IMG/VR virus record: IMGVR_UViG_3300029915_000005
Length of the DNA: 64,000 nt
From: a virus
Direction: 5' to 3' (one strand)
A program made the translations under genes and the position numbers. This document shows positions 40,094 to 49,993 of this stretch, in pieces (position 1 is the stretch's first letter; every line of letters begins with the position of its first letter). The notes beneath the pieces were generated by a model. That model did not search any database, was not told the origin of the DNA, and saw only the letters and a list, made by a program, of their open reading frames with translations.

Positions 40094-40744
40094 ATGGAAA
40101 GAATTCCACTATTTGAATATCAACATCAAAGTGCAGTAGCTACAGAATTACTAGAAGCAGTAGATCCTTTGACTGGTGCTAAGAAAAAAGATTTATATAT
40201 GAAAGGAATTTTCATTCAAGGTGACATAAGAAACCAAAATCAAAGAGTTTATCCAGTTTATGAGATTAAGAAAGCTGTTGATTCTATTACGGCATTAATA
40301 AATGAAAATATTTCAATTTTCGGCGAAGGGGACCATCCGGCTGATTTAAAGATTAATCTTGATCGAGTGTCTCATGTTATTACAGGTATGTGGATGGAGG
40401 GAGCTAATGGTTTTGGAAAATTAAAAGTATTACCTACTCCAATGGGAAATATTATTAAAGCTATTCTTGAAAGTGGATGTAAATTGGGAGTTAGTTCTCG
40501 TGGTTCAGGAAATGTAAATGAATCTACAGGACAAGTTTCGGATTTTGAGATTATAACAGTGGATTGTGTATGTCAGCCAAGTGCTCCAAATGCATACCCT
40601 GTTCCAATTTACGAATCTCTAAAAAATTACAAAAGAAATGGAGATAATTTATTGGAAATGGCAGCAGAGGTAAATTCAGATACTAAAGTACAAAAATATT
40701 TACAAAATGAAATAATTAGATTCATTAAGGACTTAAAATTATAA
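40094..40744 (+). CDS. gp21: Prohead protease gp21
   Basis: GIFIQG..NQNQRVYP, GEGDHP, VSH, LGVSSRGSG, PSAPNAY. Confidence 0.95.
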   Translation: MERIPLFEYQHQSAVATELLEAVDPLTGAKKKDLYMKGIFIQGDIRNQNQRVYPVYEIKKAVDSITALINENISIFGEGDHPADLKINLDRVSHVITGMWMEGANGFGKLKVLPTPMGNIIKAILESGCKLGVSSRGSGNVNESTGQVSDFEIITVDCVCQPSAPNAYPVPIYESLKNYKRNGDNLLEMAAEVNSDTKVQKYLQNEIIRFIKDLKL

Positions 40745-41595
40745 TGAGAGAAACAAAAGCATTTGTTTATAAATGGACTGAACTTTCTACAGGAAAATGG
40801 TATATAGGTTCACGAACTAAAAAAGGATGTAATCAAGATGATGGTTATATTTGTTCTAGTAAAATTGTAAAACCATTAATATTAGAAAATAAGTTTAATT
40901 GGTTTAGAGAAATATTATTTGAAGGAGAACCAAAAGAAGTAAGAGAATATGAAACAAAATTATTAGTATCATTAAATGCAGCATATGATATTAATAGTTA
41001 TAATCAGCATAATAGTGATGGCAAATGGCACACAATAGGAAAAGAACCATGGAATAAAGGAAAACATGGAGTTCAATCTCCAGTTTGGAACAAAGGATTA
41101 CCAGCAGAAATGCAACCATTTTATGGAAAAGTTTTTTCAGTAGAACATAGAAAGAATTTAAGTGAATCAAGTATAGAATACTGGAAAGAACATGAAGGAA
41201 GAGAACCATGGAATAAAGGATTAATTTTGGGTTCACAATCTGTAGAAGTAATTAAAAAGAGAACATCATGGCAAAAAGGTTGTAAACGATCAGAATTAGT
41301 AGGAAGAAAAATTAGTGAAACTAAAAATATGAAGAGAAAGGAACGAGAACTTTCTGGTATTAAATTATTTTCCTGGGAAGAAAAATATTCTCAAGAATAT
41401 ATTGAAAAAAGAAAATCAAAACTTGCAGAAAAATTTAAAGTTAATAATCCTAATTCTAAAAATAAAGGAAAATCATGGGACGAAATAATGGGACCAGAAC
41501 GAGCAGAAGAGAGAAGAAATAAATTGAAAAATCCTAAAAGACCAAGAAAGAAAAGAAATGATATAGGACTGACAAGAAATAAAAATATTACATAA
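40744..41595 (+). CDS. GIY-YIG homing endonuclease with PWNKG/NUMOD3-like repeats
   Basis: FVYKW..GKWYIGSR..Y.CSS..E..YN. Confidence 0.8.
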   Translation: MRETKAFVYKWTELSTGKWYIGSRTKKGCNQDDGYICSSKIVKPLILENKFNWFREILFEGEPKEVREYETKLLVSLNAAYDINSYNQHNSDGKWHTIGKEPWNKGKHGVQSPVWNKGLPAEMQPFYGKVFSVEHRKNLSESSIEYWKEHEGREPWNKGLILGSQSVEVIKKRTSWQKGCKRSELVGRKISETKNMKRKERELSGIKLFSWEEKYSQEYIEKRKSKLAEKFKVNNPNSKNKGKSWDEIMGPERAEERRNKLKNPKRPRKKRNDIGLTRNKNIT

Positions 41596-41620
41596 ATATA
41601 AATGAAATGGGAGTTATGTC

Positions 41621-42337
41621 ATGAATTTAACAGAAGAAATTTCTAAATATAAAAATATCGTTAAAGAAGAATGGGATTATGGCAAGGGAATTTATGATAA
41701 AGCTCCTGTAAAAACAGTGTCATCTTCAACAAATGGCCCGCTGAAGAATGTTAAAGCAGAAGATAAAGAACCAACTCCAGCCAAACTAACCCCAGTTAAG
41801 AAAGAAGAAATAGTACAACCCAAAGAATTTCGATCAGCAAGAGACAAAAAGCCAGGTCCATTTACTAAAAAAGCAAAAGTTGAAGAAGCATGGAACAAAG
41901 AAATGAAAACCCCAGAAAGCAAGAAAGGCATGTTCAAGGGAAAAACAAAAGATGAATTAAAATCTGAATTATCAGCAGCTAAAGAACGCTCCAAGAAATT
42001 ACATGATGCAGATAAGTCAGAGCCAGAATCATTGAAGACTAAAATTAAAGAACTTGAATTTGCTTTAAGAGCGAAGAATAAGTTTGGTAAAGTAAGTGAA
42101 TCTGTTGATATGAAAAGATGCAAAGGGTGTGGAAAGAAAACAAAATCGAAATATTGCTCAGATGACTGTCGTGCTGAATATCTTAAATCCTATCTTAACT
42201 CAATGACTAAAGCTCCTTCAATCGCTAATGAGCGAGAATTTAATCAAGGTTGGTCGGCTGCTTTAGATGAAGTATGTGAATATATTATTGGTGCTGGCTA
42301 TCCAAAGTTGGCCAAAGAATTAAGAGAGAATTTTTAA
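41621..42337 (+). CDS. Tagged modular protein with Cys4 finger (putative internal head protein)
   Basis: MNLTEEISKY; VEEA, VSES; CKGC..YCSDDC. Confidence 0.6.
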   Translation: MNLTEEISKYKNIVKEEWDYGKGIYDKAPVKTVSSSTNGPLKNVKAEDKEPTPAKLTPVKKEEIVQPKEFRSARDKKPGPFTKKAKVEEAWNKEMKTPESKKGMFKGKTKDELKSELSAAKERSKKLHDADKSEPESLKTKIKELEFALRAKNKFGKVSESVDMKRCKGCGKKTKSKYCSDDCRAEYLKSYLNSMTKAPSIANEREFNQGWSAALDEVCEYIIGAGYPKLAKELRENF

Positions 42338-42414
42338 GAATAAGTATAAGTTTTTTAAGCTTATATGTATGAAAATATGTATTAGATGTAAATATTATTA
42401 ATGGGAGACATATT

Positions 42415-43500
42415 ATGTTAGAGATCCTAAAACCACTTCTTGAAAGTGGATTAGTAAATGAAGAAACTCGCACAGCCATTAATGAAGCATGGCAAAGCAA
42501 GCTCAAAGAAGTTAAGTCTCAAGTAAGGACTGAAATTCGTGAAGAGTTTGCTGGTCGTTACGAGCATGATAAAGCAACTATGATTAAAACTCTTGATAAA
42601 ATGGTTTCAGAGACACTAAGCAATGAAGTCAAACAAATCAAAGAAGAGCGCAATCAAGTAGCTAAATTGAAAATTCAAACAATCAAAGAAACTAAACAAG
42701 CAGCAGCAAAATTTAATAAATTTGCAACAAGAGCATTAGCTGAAGAATTGGCTGAATTTGCTCAAGAACGCAAATTAAGTGAAGCACACAAGAATAAATT
42801 AGAAAAATTTATTATGAGTTCTCTCGCAGAAGAAATTAATGAGTTTGCTCAAGACAAAAAGAATTTAGTTGAAACAAAAGTTAAACTTATTTCAGAAGCA
42901 AAGAATCAATTAAATCTTTTGAAACAGAAATTTGTTGCAAGAAGCAGCAAAGCCGTAAGCGAGATAGTTGCACAAACATTGAATCATGAGCTAAAGCAAC
43001 TACACGAAGATATTAAGATCGCCCGCCAAAATAATTTCGGACGTAAGATTTATGAAGCGTTCGCAACTGAATTCACTGGAACTTATCTTAACGAAAACGC
43101 AGAAGTTAAGAAACTGCGTAACGAAATTGAAAGAGTTACTAATAAATTAACAGAAGCAAAGAAAGAAGTAGTAACAAAAACTAAATTAGTTGAATCAAAA
43201 GACAAAGACTTAACAATTATTAAAAATAGAGCAGAAAGATCAAAGATTTTATCTGAATTATTTTCTCCTCTTGAAAAAAGCAAAAAAGAAGTAATGACTC
43301 AATTGTTAGAAAATGTGCAGACAAATCAGTTAAGATCAGCATATGATAAGTATTTGCCAGCAGTTTTAAATAATAGAACTAAGCCAGTTATTGAGACTGG
43401 TAAAGATTTGTTAAATGAATCAACTGGTAATAAAAACAAAGTAGTACCCGTCGAAGCGGATTCTTTAGTAGATATTAAACGTTTGGCAGGGCTAAAGTAA
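42415..43500 (+). CDS. gp22: Prohead scaffold gp22
   Basis: Coiled coil with many L/I-x-E sites; NNFGRKIYEAF; precedes gp23. Confidence 0.85.
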   Translation: MLEILKPLLESGLVNEETRTAINEAWQSKLKEVKSQVRTEIREEFAGRYEHDKATMIKTLDKMVSETLSNEVKQIKEERNQVAKLKIQTIKETKQAAAKFNKFATRALAEELAEFAQERKLSEAHKNKLEKFIMSSLAEEINEFAQDKKNLVETKVKLISEAKNQLNLLKQKFVARSSKAVSEIVAQTLNHELKQLHEDIKIARQNNFGRKIYEAFATEFTGTYLNENAEVKKLRNEIERVTNKLTEAKKEVVTKTKLVESKDKDLTIIKNRAERSKILSELFSPLEKSKKEVMTQLLENVQTNQLRSAYDKYLPAVLNNRTKPVIETGKDLLNESTGNKNKVVPVEADSLVDIKRLAGLK

Positions 43501-43515
43501 ATAAAGGAGAATACA

Positions 43516-44700
43516 ATGTCAACACCATTATTGGAAAATCGTTGGGCTGATACAAAAGCTGCCCTGCTCGAAGGACTTCAAGGTAATCGTAAGTCAGTTA
43601 TGAGTACAGTCCTAGAGAACACTCGCAAATATTTGTCAGAAAGTGCAACAACTGGTTCTACTACTGCTGGCAATATTGCTACACTAAATCGCGTAATTCT
43701 GCCTGTAATTCGTCGAGTTATGCCAACAGTTATTGCCAACGAACTTGTTGGTGTTCAGCCAATGACTGGACCAGTTGGACAGATTCAGACTTTGCGTGTT
43801 CGTTATGCACAGACTGATAATGTTACTGCTCCTTATCCTTGGAATACTGGAACTACAGCAGGAGATGAAGCATTAAGCCCATTCAAGATTGCAACAGCTT
43901 ACTCTGGTAGTGCATCTACTGGTATGGCTGATTATACAGCTAATCTTGAAGGACAAGCTGGTAATAAAATTAACGTTCAAATTCTACGTCAGACAGTTGA
44001 AGCCAAGAGCCGCAAGCTATCTGCCCGCTGGACATTTGAAGCAGCACAAGATGCACAAGCAATGCACGGCATCGATGTGGAAGCTGAAATTATGGCTGCT
44101 CTTGCTCAAGAAATCACTGCTGAAATCGACCAAGAAATCATTGGTTCATTGCAAGCACTTTCTGGAACAGATCAGACTTATGATCAGTCTCTAGTTTCTG
44201 GAACTGCAACTTATGTTGGTGACGAACATGCTGCTCTAGCAGTTATGATTAATCGTGCAGCTAACTTAATTGCACAACGCACTCATCGTGGCGCTGGCAA
44301 CTGGGCAGTTGTAAGTCCAACAGCATTAACAGTATTGCAAAGTGCAACAACTTCAGCTTTTGCAAGAACCACTGAAGGAACATTTGAAGCACCAACAAAT
44401 ACAAAATTAGTTGGCACATTAAATGGATCAATGAAAATTTATGTAAATGGATATGCTCCAGATTCTCAGCCAGTGCTTGTAGGTTATAAAGGCGCTTCTG
44501 AGTCAGATGCAGCAGCTTTCTATTGTCCATATATTCCATTGATGAGTTCTGGAGTTGTTCTTGATCCAGTCACATTCGAGCCAGTAACTAGCTTCTTGAC
44601 TCGTTATGGATACGTTGAATTAACTAACAGCGCAAGTTCTTTGGGTAATGCTGCTGACTATCTCAGCAGTATCAACGTGGCAAATCTTTCATTTAGCTAA
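43516..44700 (+). CDS. gp23: Major capsid protein gp23
   Basis: GVQPMTGP, AKSRKLSARWT.EAAQD, FYCPYIPL, TRYG. Confidence 0.97.
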   Translation: MSTPLLENRWADTKAALLEGLQGNRKSVMSTVLENTRKYLSESATTGSTTAGNIATLNRVILPVIRRVMPTVIANELVGVQPMTGPVGQIQTLRVRYAQTDNVTAPYPWNTGTTAGDEALSPFKIATAYSGSASTGMADYTANLEGQAGNKINVQILRQTVEAKSRKLSARWTFEAAQDAQAMHGIDVEAEIMAALAQEITAEIDQEIIGSLQALSGTDQTYDQSLVSGTATYVGDEHAALAVMINRAANLIAQRTHRGAGNWAVVSPTALTVLQSATTSAFARTTEGTFEAPTNTKLVGTLNGSMKIYVNGYAPDSQPVLVGYKGASESDAAAFYCPYIPLMSSGVVLDPVTFEPVTSFLTRYGYVELTNSASSLGNAADYLSSINVANLSFS

Positions 44701-44714
44701 TAAACAGTAATATA

Positions 44715-44750
44715 AAATAAAAGCCTCAGGGAAATCTGAGGCTTTTATTT
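44715..44750 (+). terminator. Terminator after capsid gene
   Basis: AAATAAAAGCCTCAG-ggaaat-CTGAGGCTTTTATTT. Confidence 0.8.
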
Positions 44751-44753
44751 TAT

Positions 44754-44962
44754 TCAGAAAAGAAATCACAGTAGCTTTAGCTCTGTGGATGAATTTTCTG
44801 TTGCAATTAATATAAATCGAGAAGGACTTAGAATAATAGGGATGGAATGTCCCAAATATACACTTGTGGAGATACCACCGCTGGGCAATATTGATGAAAA
44901 TCAATCTTGTAAGTATGTGTCAGAGAAACAGGAAGCAAACTGCCTTAGTATGTGTGATTCAC
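44754..44962 (+). mobile_element. Miniature IS200/IS605 derivative (left-end hairpin plus tnpB 3' end/omegaRNA region plus right end)
   Basis: CACAG-T-AGC(TTTA)GCT-CTGTG hairpin; AININREGLRIIG..YTLVE..SEKQEA resembles a TnpB C-terminus; ends CAGGAAGC...TTCAC. Confidence 0.6.
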
Positions 44963-45212
44963 ACAGCAATACATCCAAATGAAAAATATTGTGTACTTGT
45001 GGGTCTGGGAAATTACGAAAATATATTTCTCTTTCTAAAAGATTGTCGTTTTGCGAAAAAGCCAATTTTTTCTACTCTGCTAAAGAATGTATCAGCAAAA
45101 AATGTATTGAAGCTGCAAAATTGTGAGACAAAGAACTTGCAAAAACACGACGAGCAAAAACTAATTTAATAAAATATGGGGTTAAAAATAGCAGGCAAGA
45201 TGCTTGGCTATG
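44963..45212 (+). pseudogene. Degraded homing endonuclease fragment
   Basis: Frameshifted TAIHPNEK / CTCGSGKLRKY / RAKTNLIKYGVKN resembles the 32772, 52823, 56933 family. Confidence 0.55.
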
Positions 45213-45243
45213 AAATAGATAAATATATAAGAGGATTAAATAA

Positions 45244-48024
45244 ATGAAGAAGTTACTTATTTTTTCAGCAATATTATCATTAATTACATTACCTTCAATA
45301 TTTCTTGGTCAGCAAGTTCAGGCTCCTGGTGGAGTAAATTTTGGTAATAAAAATATACTTACTGAAATATCTGGAAATGGTGTGCCAACAGGTAGTTGTT
45401 CATATAGAGCCCGATATATTCAATTGGATGCTGTAGCAGGAGCTAACTCTTGGGAATGTATTAACGGAGGATGGGTAAATCAAGGAGGAAGCAGCAGTAG
45501 TGGCGTAGCCAGTGTAACGGCTATATTACCTCTTTTAGTCAATGGTGGCGCTGGCCCAGTCACTGGAGCAGCTACTGTGTCCTGCCCTACGTGTGGTGGA
45601 GGTAGTGGGGGTGTTCCCAGTGTCAATGGAATCACCAGTGCAGTGACTATTCTGGCTGGAGCAAACATGGGCGTAGCTACAGTCGGCGACAACATCACTC
45701 TTAGTAGTACAGGCGGCGGCGCGGGTGTTCCCAGTGTCAATGGAATCACTAATGCGGTGACTATTCTGGCTGGCGCGAACATGGGAGTAGCTACAGTTGG
45801 CGACAACATCACGCTTAGTAGTACAGGCAGCGGAGGGGGTTATATATTGCCTCCTGCAACTACATCTACTTTGGGAGGAGTAAAAGCAGATGGTGTTACA
45901 ACAACTGTGGCAGTCGATGGTACTATATCTTCAACTAGTGGCTTATATACTATTCCAGTAAACACAAATGTATTGGTCGGATTTGATTCTAGAAATTTAG
46001 TGTCAACAACATGCCAAAGTACTGGGCTGTCCGTATCTGGAGATGGCTCAATTACATCAGGAAGTATTGCAGGAGGAGTGTTCACAGCCACTTCAATTAA
46101 CAACGATATTCCTGGAACCATTTTAACTCTGAGCCAGTTTACAGGTGCAGCATCAGTATTGAACGGCCAAGTAATTACTCTATTACCAACTCCTACTCCT
46201 ACCAGTTTTACTGCTAATGTGACTGGAATTACTACTCTCAGCAGCACAGGAAGCGGCATGTCTGTCTGTACAAATATAGTACCAACGCAACTTAGTCGGG
46301 AGCCTGTTGCATCTCATGCAAATGTAATAAACGTATCATCAGGAAATTATACTACTACGATGTTTATTGCCAACTTTGCATCCATAGTAGGACCCTACTA
46401 TCCGTCTGTCACTGGAAAGCCAGCTTTAGCAATACTACAAGGCGGCGCGTTCGATGCACTTAGTTGTGATACAGCAGCAAGTATCGAGGCAAATCTACAG
46501 ACAATTTGGGGTCTTTATCATTCACAAGGAATTCCTGTTATGCAATCAACTCTCATTCCAGTACAGATTAATGATTTCTGTCCTGTTGCTCAGATGACTA
46601 TTTACCAAGTAAATAATTGGCTTAAAACTCAGGGACCCACCCAAGTTGCCACTGGTAATTCATCTTGGGATAACTTAGTCGATCTTGGGGGATTAATATG
46701 GGATCCATATAACCCATTGTTCATGCTTCAAACAGGAACAGTTGATCATCCTACTGATGCAGGAGCATCTAGAATTGCTGATGCTCTTAATGCTGGAATT
46801 GCTAATCCAGGAAGTATGGCTAATATTCCAGGGGGTGTTATTATTGTAAGTGCAGTAGAACAAGGCTCGTATTATCAAGGATTCCAATTAATTGATCCTC
46901 CAAATAACGGGTCAATGATGATCTTTCCTGCTGGAGATGGTAGCACAGGGACAAGTATTGACGGCTGGGGTGAGTTGGTCAATGATTTTCTTTTTGATTT
47001 CTTAGCTATTCGACCTTCCTACACTGCTAGGGTAATGCCAAGTTCACTTGGTGCTTATGGTTTTGCAAATAGTGTAAGCGGTCGATTGGATAATTTCCCT
47101 CCTTCTTTATGCATGATGGCTGATTCCAGTATGAATGGAATATTTAGTTTTGGCTGGTCTGGAGGATATGGAAATGACTGTGTGCCATTTGCTAAGAATG
47201 CTGGTATGGGATTTGGATACTGGTATGGTCCTGCTACTGCTCCTACTGGCGCTTGTAATACTTCAGTTACATCTCCAATAGGATCTTGGATTTCAAGCCG
47301 TGATGGAAAATTGACTTACTGTAATAGTTCCAGTGTTTATCAAGATGAAACTCCTGGTTCAACTATATCTGGAGTATCTTCAATTATTCCATCAAGAGGA
47401 ATCATTTGCAGTCCTTTGGATTTGGTATCAGGTACATGTAGTGGTGTTGTAACTTTAAGCAGCTCATCTCCTTCTATCAGTTATGGCGTGGGTGCTCCTA
47501 CAGCTTTTATTGGAACTCACTCATATTGGCGTGTAACTGTGGACGCAGTACGTGGTTCTTTTGCTGTGATTGGAGAGTTACAATTTAGAGAAGTTTCAGG
47601 AGTAAACGAAATTCCAGTAGGTGGCTCTCCTATCGAAAGCAGTGAATATAGCAGTGGTTGGAGTGATGTTTTGGCTTACGATGGTGACTTTACAACAGGT
47701 TGGGCGCCTACAACCACAATAAGTGAGTGGATTGGATACCATTTTGGAACAGCTAGGAGCGTTTCTCAACTAGCCATCGCTCCAATGACTGGGCGCGAGT
47801 CTGATGTTCCTTCTGGATTTACTGTATCTTTTTCAGATGACAATGTGGCGTATACCAATGTTTTGTCAGAAACCAGCGTGCCAATTGGAATCACTGGAGT
47901 ATTTAATACATATACAATTCCAGGAGGAACTCCCAACAATGAAAATGATATATATTACGATACAAGTGGCGCATCTTATATTATGTATGTATTTCATTTA
48001 GGAGCATGGCATCAAATAAACTAA
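45244..48024 (+). CDS. Fibre-like protein with signal-peptide-like N-terminus, SGNH hydrolase domain and C-terminal carbohydrate-binding-like domain
   Basis: MKKLLIFSAILSLI; LPPATTSTLGGVK; GFDS, QGGAFD, VDHPT; 114-bp tandem duplication 45610-45837. Confidence 0.6.
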   Translation: MKKLLIFSAILSLITLPSIFLGQQVQAPGGVNFGNKNILTEISGNGVPTGSCSYRARYIQLDAVAGANSWECINGGWVNQGGSSSSGVASVTAILPLLVNGGAGPVTGAATVSCPTCGGGSGGVPSVNGITSAVTILAGANMGVATVGDNITLSSTGGGAGVPSVNGITNAVTILAGANMGVATVGDNITLSSTGSGGGYILPPATTSTLGGVKADGVTTTVAVDGTISSTSGLYTIPVNTNVLVGFDSRNLVSTTCQSTGLSVSGDGSITSGSIAGGVFTATSINNDIPGTILTLSQFTGAASVLNGQVITLLPTPTPTSFTANVTGITTLSSTGSGMSVCTNIVPTQLSREPVASHANVINVSSGNYTTTMFIANFASIVGPYYPSVTGKPALAILQGGAFDALSCDTAASIEANLQTIWGLYHSQGIPVMQSTLIPVQINDFCPVAQMTIYQVNNWLKTQGPTQVATGNSSWDNLVDLGGLIWDPYNPLFMLQTGTVDHPTDAGASRIADALNAGIANPGSMANIPGGVIIVSAVEQGSYYQGFQLIDPPNNGSMMIFPAGDGSTGTSIDGWGELVNDFLFDFLAIRPSYTARVMPSSLGAYGFANSVSGRLDNFPPSLCMMADSSMNGIFSFGWSGGYGNDCVPFAKNAGMGFGYWYGPATAPTGACNTSVTSPIGSWISSRDGKLTYCNSSSVYQDETPGSTISGVSSIIPSRGIICSPLDLVSGTCSGVVTLSSSSPSISYGVGAPTAFIGTHSYWRVTVDAVRGSFAVIGELQFREVSGVNEIPVGGSPIESSEYSSGWSDVLAYDGDFTTGWAPTTTISEWIGYHFGTARSVSQLAIAPMTGRESDVPSGFTVSFSDDNVAYTNVLSETSVPIGITGVFNTYTIPGGTPNNENDIYYDTSGASYIMYVFHLGAWHQIN

Positions 48025-48032
48025 CTTAGTAT

Positions 48033-48067
48033 GCATCAGTAACTATAACTGATCTAGTTACTGATGC
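48033..48067 (+). terminator. Hairpin after fibre-like gene
   Basis: GCATCAGTAACTA-taactgatc-TAGTTACTGATGC. Confidence 0.55.
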
Positions 48068-48231
48068 GTAACTGGCGCACTATCCAATTTATAATGTAAC
48101 AGTGTTTTAGATAGAATTATTTACTTTACAACCAAAAATTATATAAATTGATAAATACTAATGACTAATAAATATTAGTTTTATGAAGTAAGTAATCTTC
48201 GTAGGGAGTAGAACTCCAAAGAGGTAATATA

Positions 48232-49116
48232 ATGGGTCGCCCGTTAAAAAGACAAAAATATTTTGATCACGTTGATGCAAATAAAACCAATGTAGTTCAT
48301 CAAATTCAATCAACAACTTGGGGACCAGCAGATTCATCTGCGCTTCCTGGTTATTTAACAAAGCAAAATAGCACAAATAGATTCCGTGCTCATACAGTCA
48401 ATGGAAATAGTTTAACCACTCTTTCTAATGGGACACCCACTTCTGCTGGTTATTCAGCAGTTAAAGTTTTTCCAGTTGGGTCAGATCCTGTTGTTTATGC
48501 AAATGCTACTGCAAAGTTAAAAATTATTAATGCTACAGTGGTAAATGGTGGAAATAATTATCATGCTAATGATGTTCTAAGTGTTTCTGGTGGAACATTT
48601 GGTAATTCAGCAACAATAACAGTCAATTCAGTGTTTGGTAATAGTGCTGTAAATGCAATCACTCTAAATGCTGTGGCAAATCAAGGATATTCTGCTTTGC
48701 CAGCAAATATTGCTGGAGTTGCAACTGTTGATACAACCAATGCAAATGGAATTGGAGCAATATTCAGCGTTAATTTTGGTCTTGAAAGCGTGAATGTTGT
48801 TTCTGGTGGAAACAATTATTCCAGCGCAACTCTAGTATTTCCAGGATCCCAAACAGCCCCAACAGTTACTTCATTTGTTGTTGCTGGATCACTTGTTAAC
48901 AACGTAGCTGTGAATACACCTGGAGTTATCAATGTTAACCCAACTGTTACTGTTGAAGGAACATCAGGAACAACTGAATATGTTAAACAGATTCAATCTG
49001 AACACCAAGTTCTTACGTTCGGAGGAAATGTATATAATTGGTTGCCAAAAGGAGTAACTCCTCCTGCTGATTATGCAAATCTTAACATTAAATTGGCTTA
49101 CTTAGACACTTTGTAA
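48232..49116 (+). CDS. Putative virion structural protein
   Basis: MGRPLK start, beta-rich V..GG.NY repeats, late promoter. Confidence 0.6.
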   Translation: MGRPLKRQKYFDHVDANKTNVVHQIQSTTWGPADSSALPGYLTKQNSTNRFRAHTVNGNSLTTLSNGTPTSAGYSAVKVFPVGSDPVVYANATAKLKIINATVVNGGNNYHANDVLSVSGGTFGNSATITVNSVFGNSAVNAITLNAVANQGYSALPANIAGVATVDTTNANGIGAIFSVNFGLESVNVVSGGNNYSSATLVFPGSQTAPTVTSFVVAGSLVNNVAVNTPGVINVNPTVTVEGTSGTTEYVKQIQSEHQVLTFGGNVYNWLPKGVTPPADYANLNIKLAYLDTL

Positions 49117-49130
49117 ATAATTGTGATAAT

Positions 49131-49165
49131 TTTATAGGCATGAATAAATTATTCATGCCTATAAA
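49131..49165. terminator. Palindromic terminator
   Basis: TTTATAGGCATGAATAA-A-TTATTCATGCCTATAAA. Confidence 0.7.
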
Positions 49166-49201
49166 TTTGTTTTTATATAAATAACATTAGAGGGTATAAT
49201 A

Positions 49202-49573
49202 ATGTCAGACTCTAATGTTACGGTAACCACATCTGCAACACTATCAGAAACAACTTCAACAGCAAATATAGCTGAAACAGATGATAATGGCGTTGAAGTT
49301 TATAATCCATCTATAAACAATTGGGATAAAAGATTCTGGCGTTCAGTAGTTTCAGTCCCAAATGGCACTGGAAGCACTTCAAAAGTAGCTACATTATCTA
49401 TAGTATGGATAACATTAGGGATTTTGATTTATCTTATTGCAATAACTCATGGTATACCAGATCATATAATGCTATTGAGTTATTTTAGTAGTTTGCTTAT
49501 CTGTGTAATTTATAGCCCAGCAAAAATTATTGAATTATTACAACTACGATTTGGTAATGGAAGTAAAAAATAA
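49202..49573 (+). CDS. Two-TM membrane protein (holin-like candidate)
   Basis: Two hydrophobic helices, basic C-terminus, late promoter. Confidence 0.45.
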   Translation: MSDSNVTVTTSATLSETTSTANIAETDDNGVEVYNPSINNWDKRFWRSVVSVPNGTGSTSKVATLSIVWITLGILIYLIAITHGIPDHIMLLSYFSSLLICVIYSPAKIIELLQLRFGNGSKK

Positions 49574-49993
49574 TTATTTGGAAAATAAGCTTTCAGCTAA
49601 TTGAATTTTTTCTTTGATGGTAGCAATTGATAACGAATTAAAAAGTCCAGGATGCAAAGGTTTCGGGAATTTTTCTAATGCAGTCCAACAATAACCATCA
49701 TGCTCACTATTTAAAGTAGGAATAAATTCCCTTTCAATAATAAAAATGAATGAATGATATCTAAATTCTTCATCAAAACTAGTAAATGTTTCTAGAGGAA
49801 TATATTTTTCTATTTCTGGAATACTTCCCAATTCTTCAAGCAATTCTCGATTTAATCCAACAATAGTATTTTCATCTAGATTTAATTTTCCACCAGGCAA
49901 CCCCCAAGTCCCTCTTGTTTTCGTATTATTGCGAAGAAGGAATAAAAATCGTTTTGTTGATTTTGAATAGAAGAGTGCTCCAGCAGCAATCAT
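49574..49993 (-). CDS. NUDIX hydrolase
   Basis: WGLPGGK..E....GLNRELLEELG; LNSEHDGYCW; PLHPG. Confidence 0.9.
   Translation of the reverse strand: MIAAGALFYSKSTKRFLFLLRNNTKTRGTWGLPGGKLNLDENTIVGLNRELLEELGSIPEIEKYIPLETFTSFDEEFRYHSFIFIIEREFIPTLNSEHDGYCWTALEKFPKPLHPGLFNSLSIATIKEKIQLAESLFSK

Noticed and set aside
44785-45169. Two hypothetical CDSs in the ORF track
   Set aside because: Better explained as a tnpB tail remnant plus a frameshifted nuclease fragment
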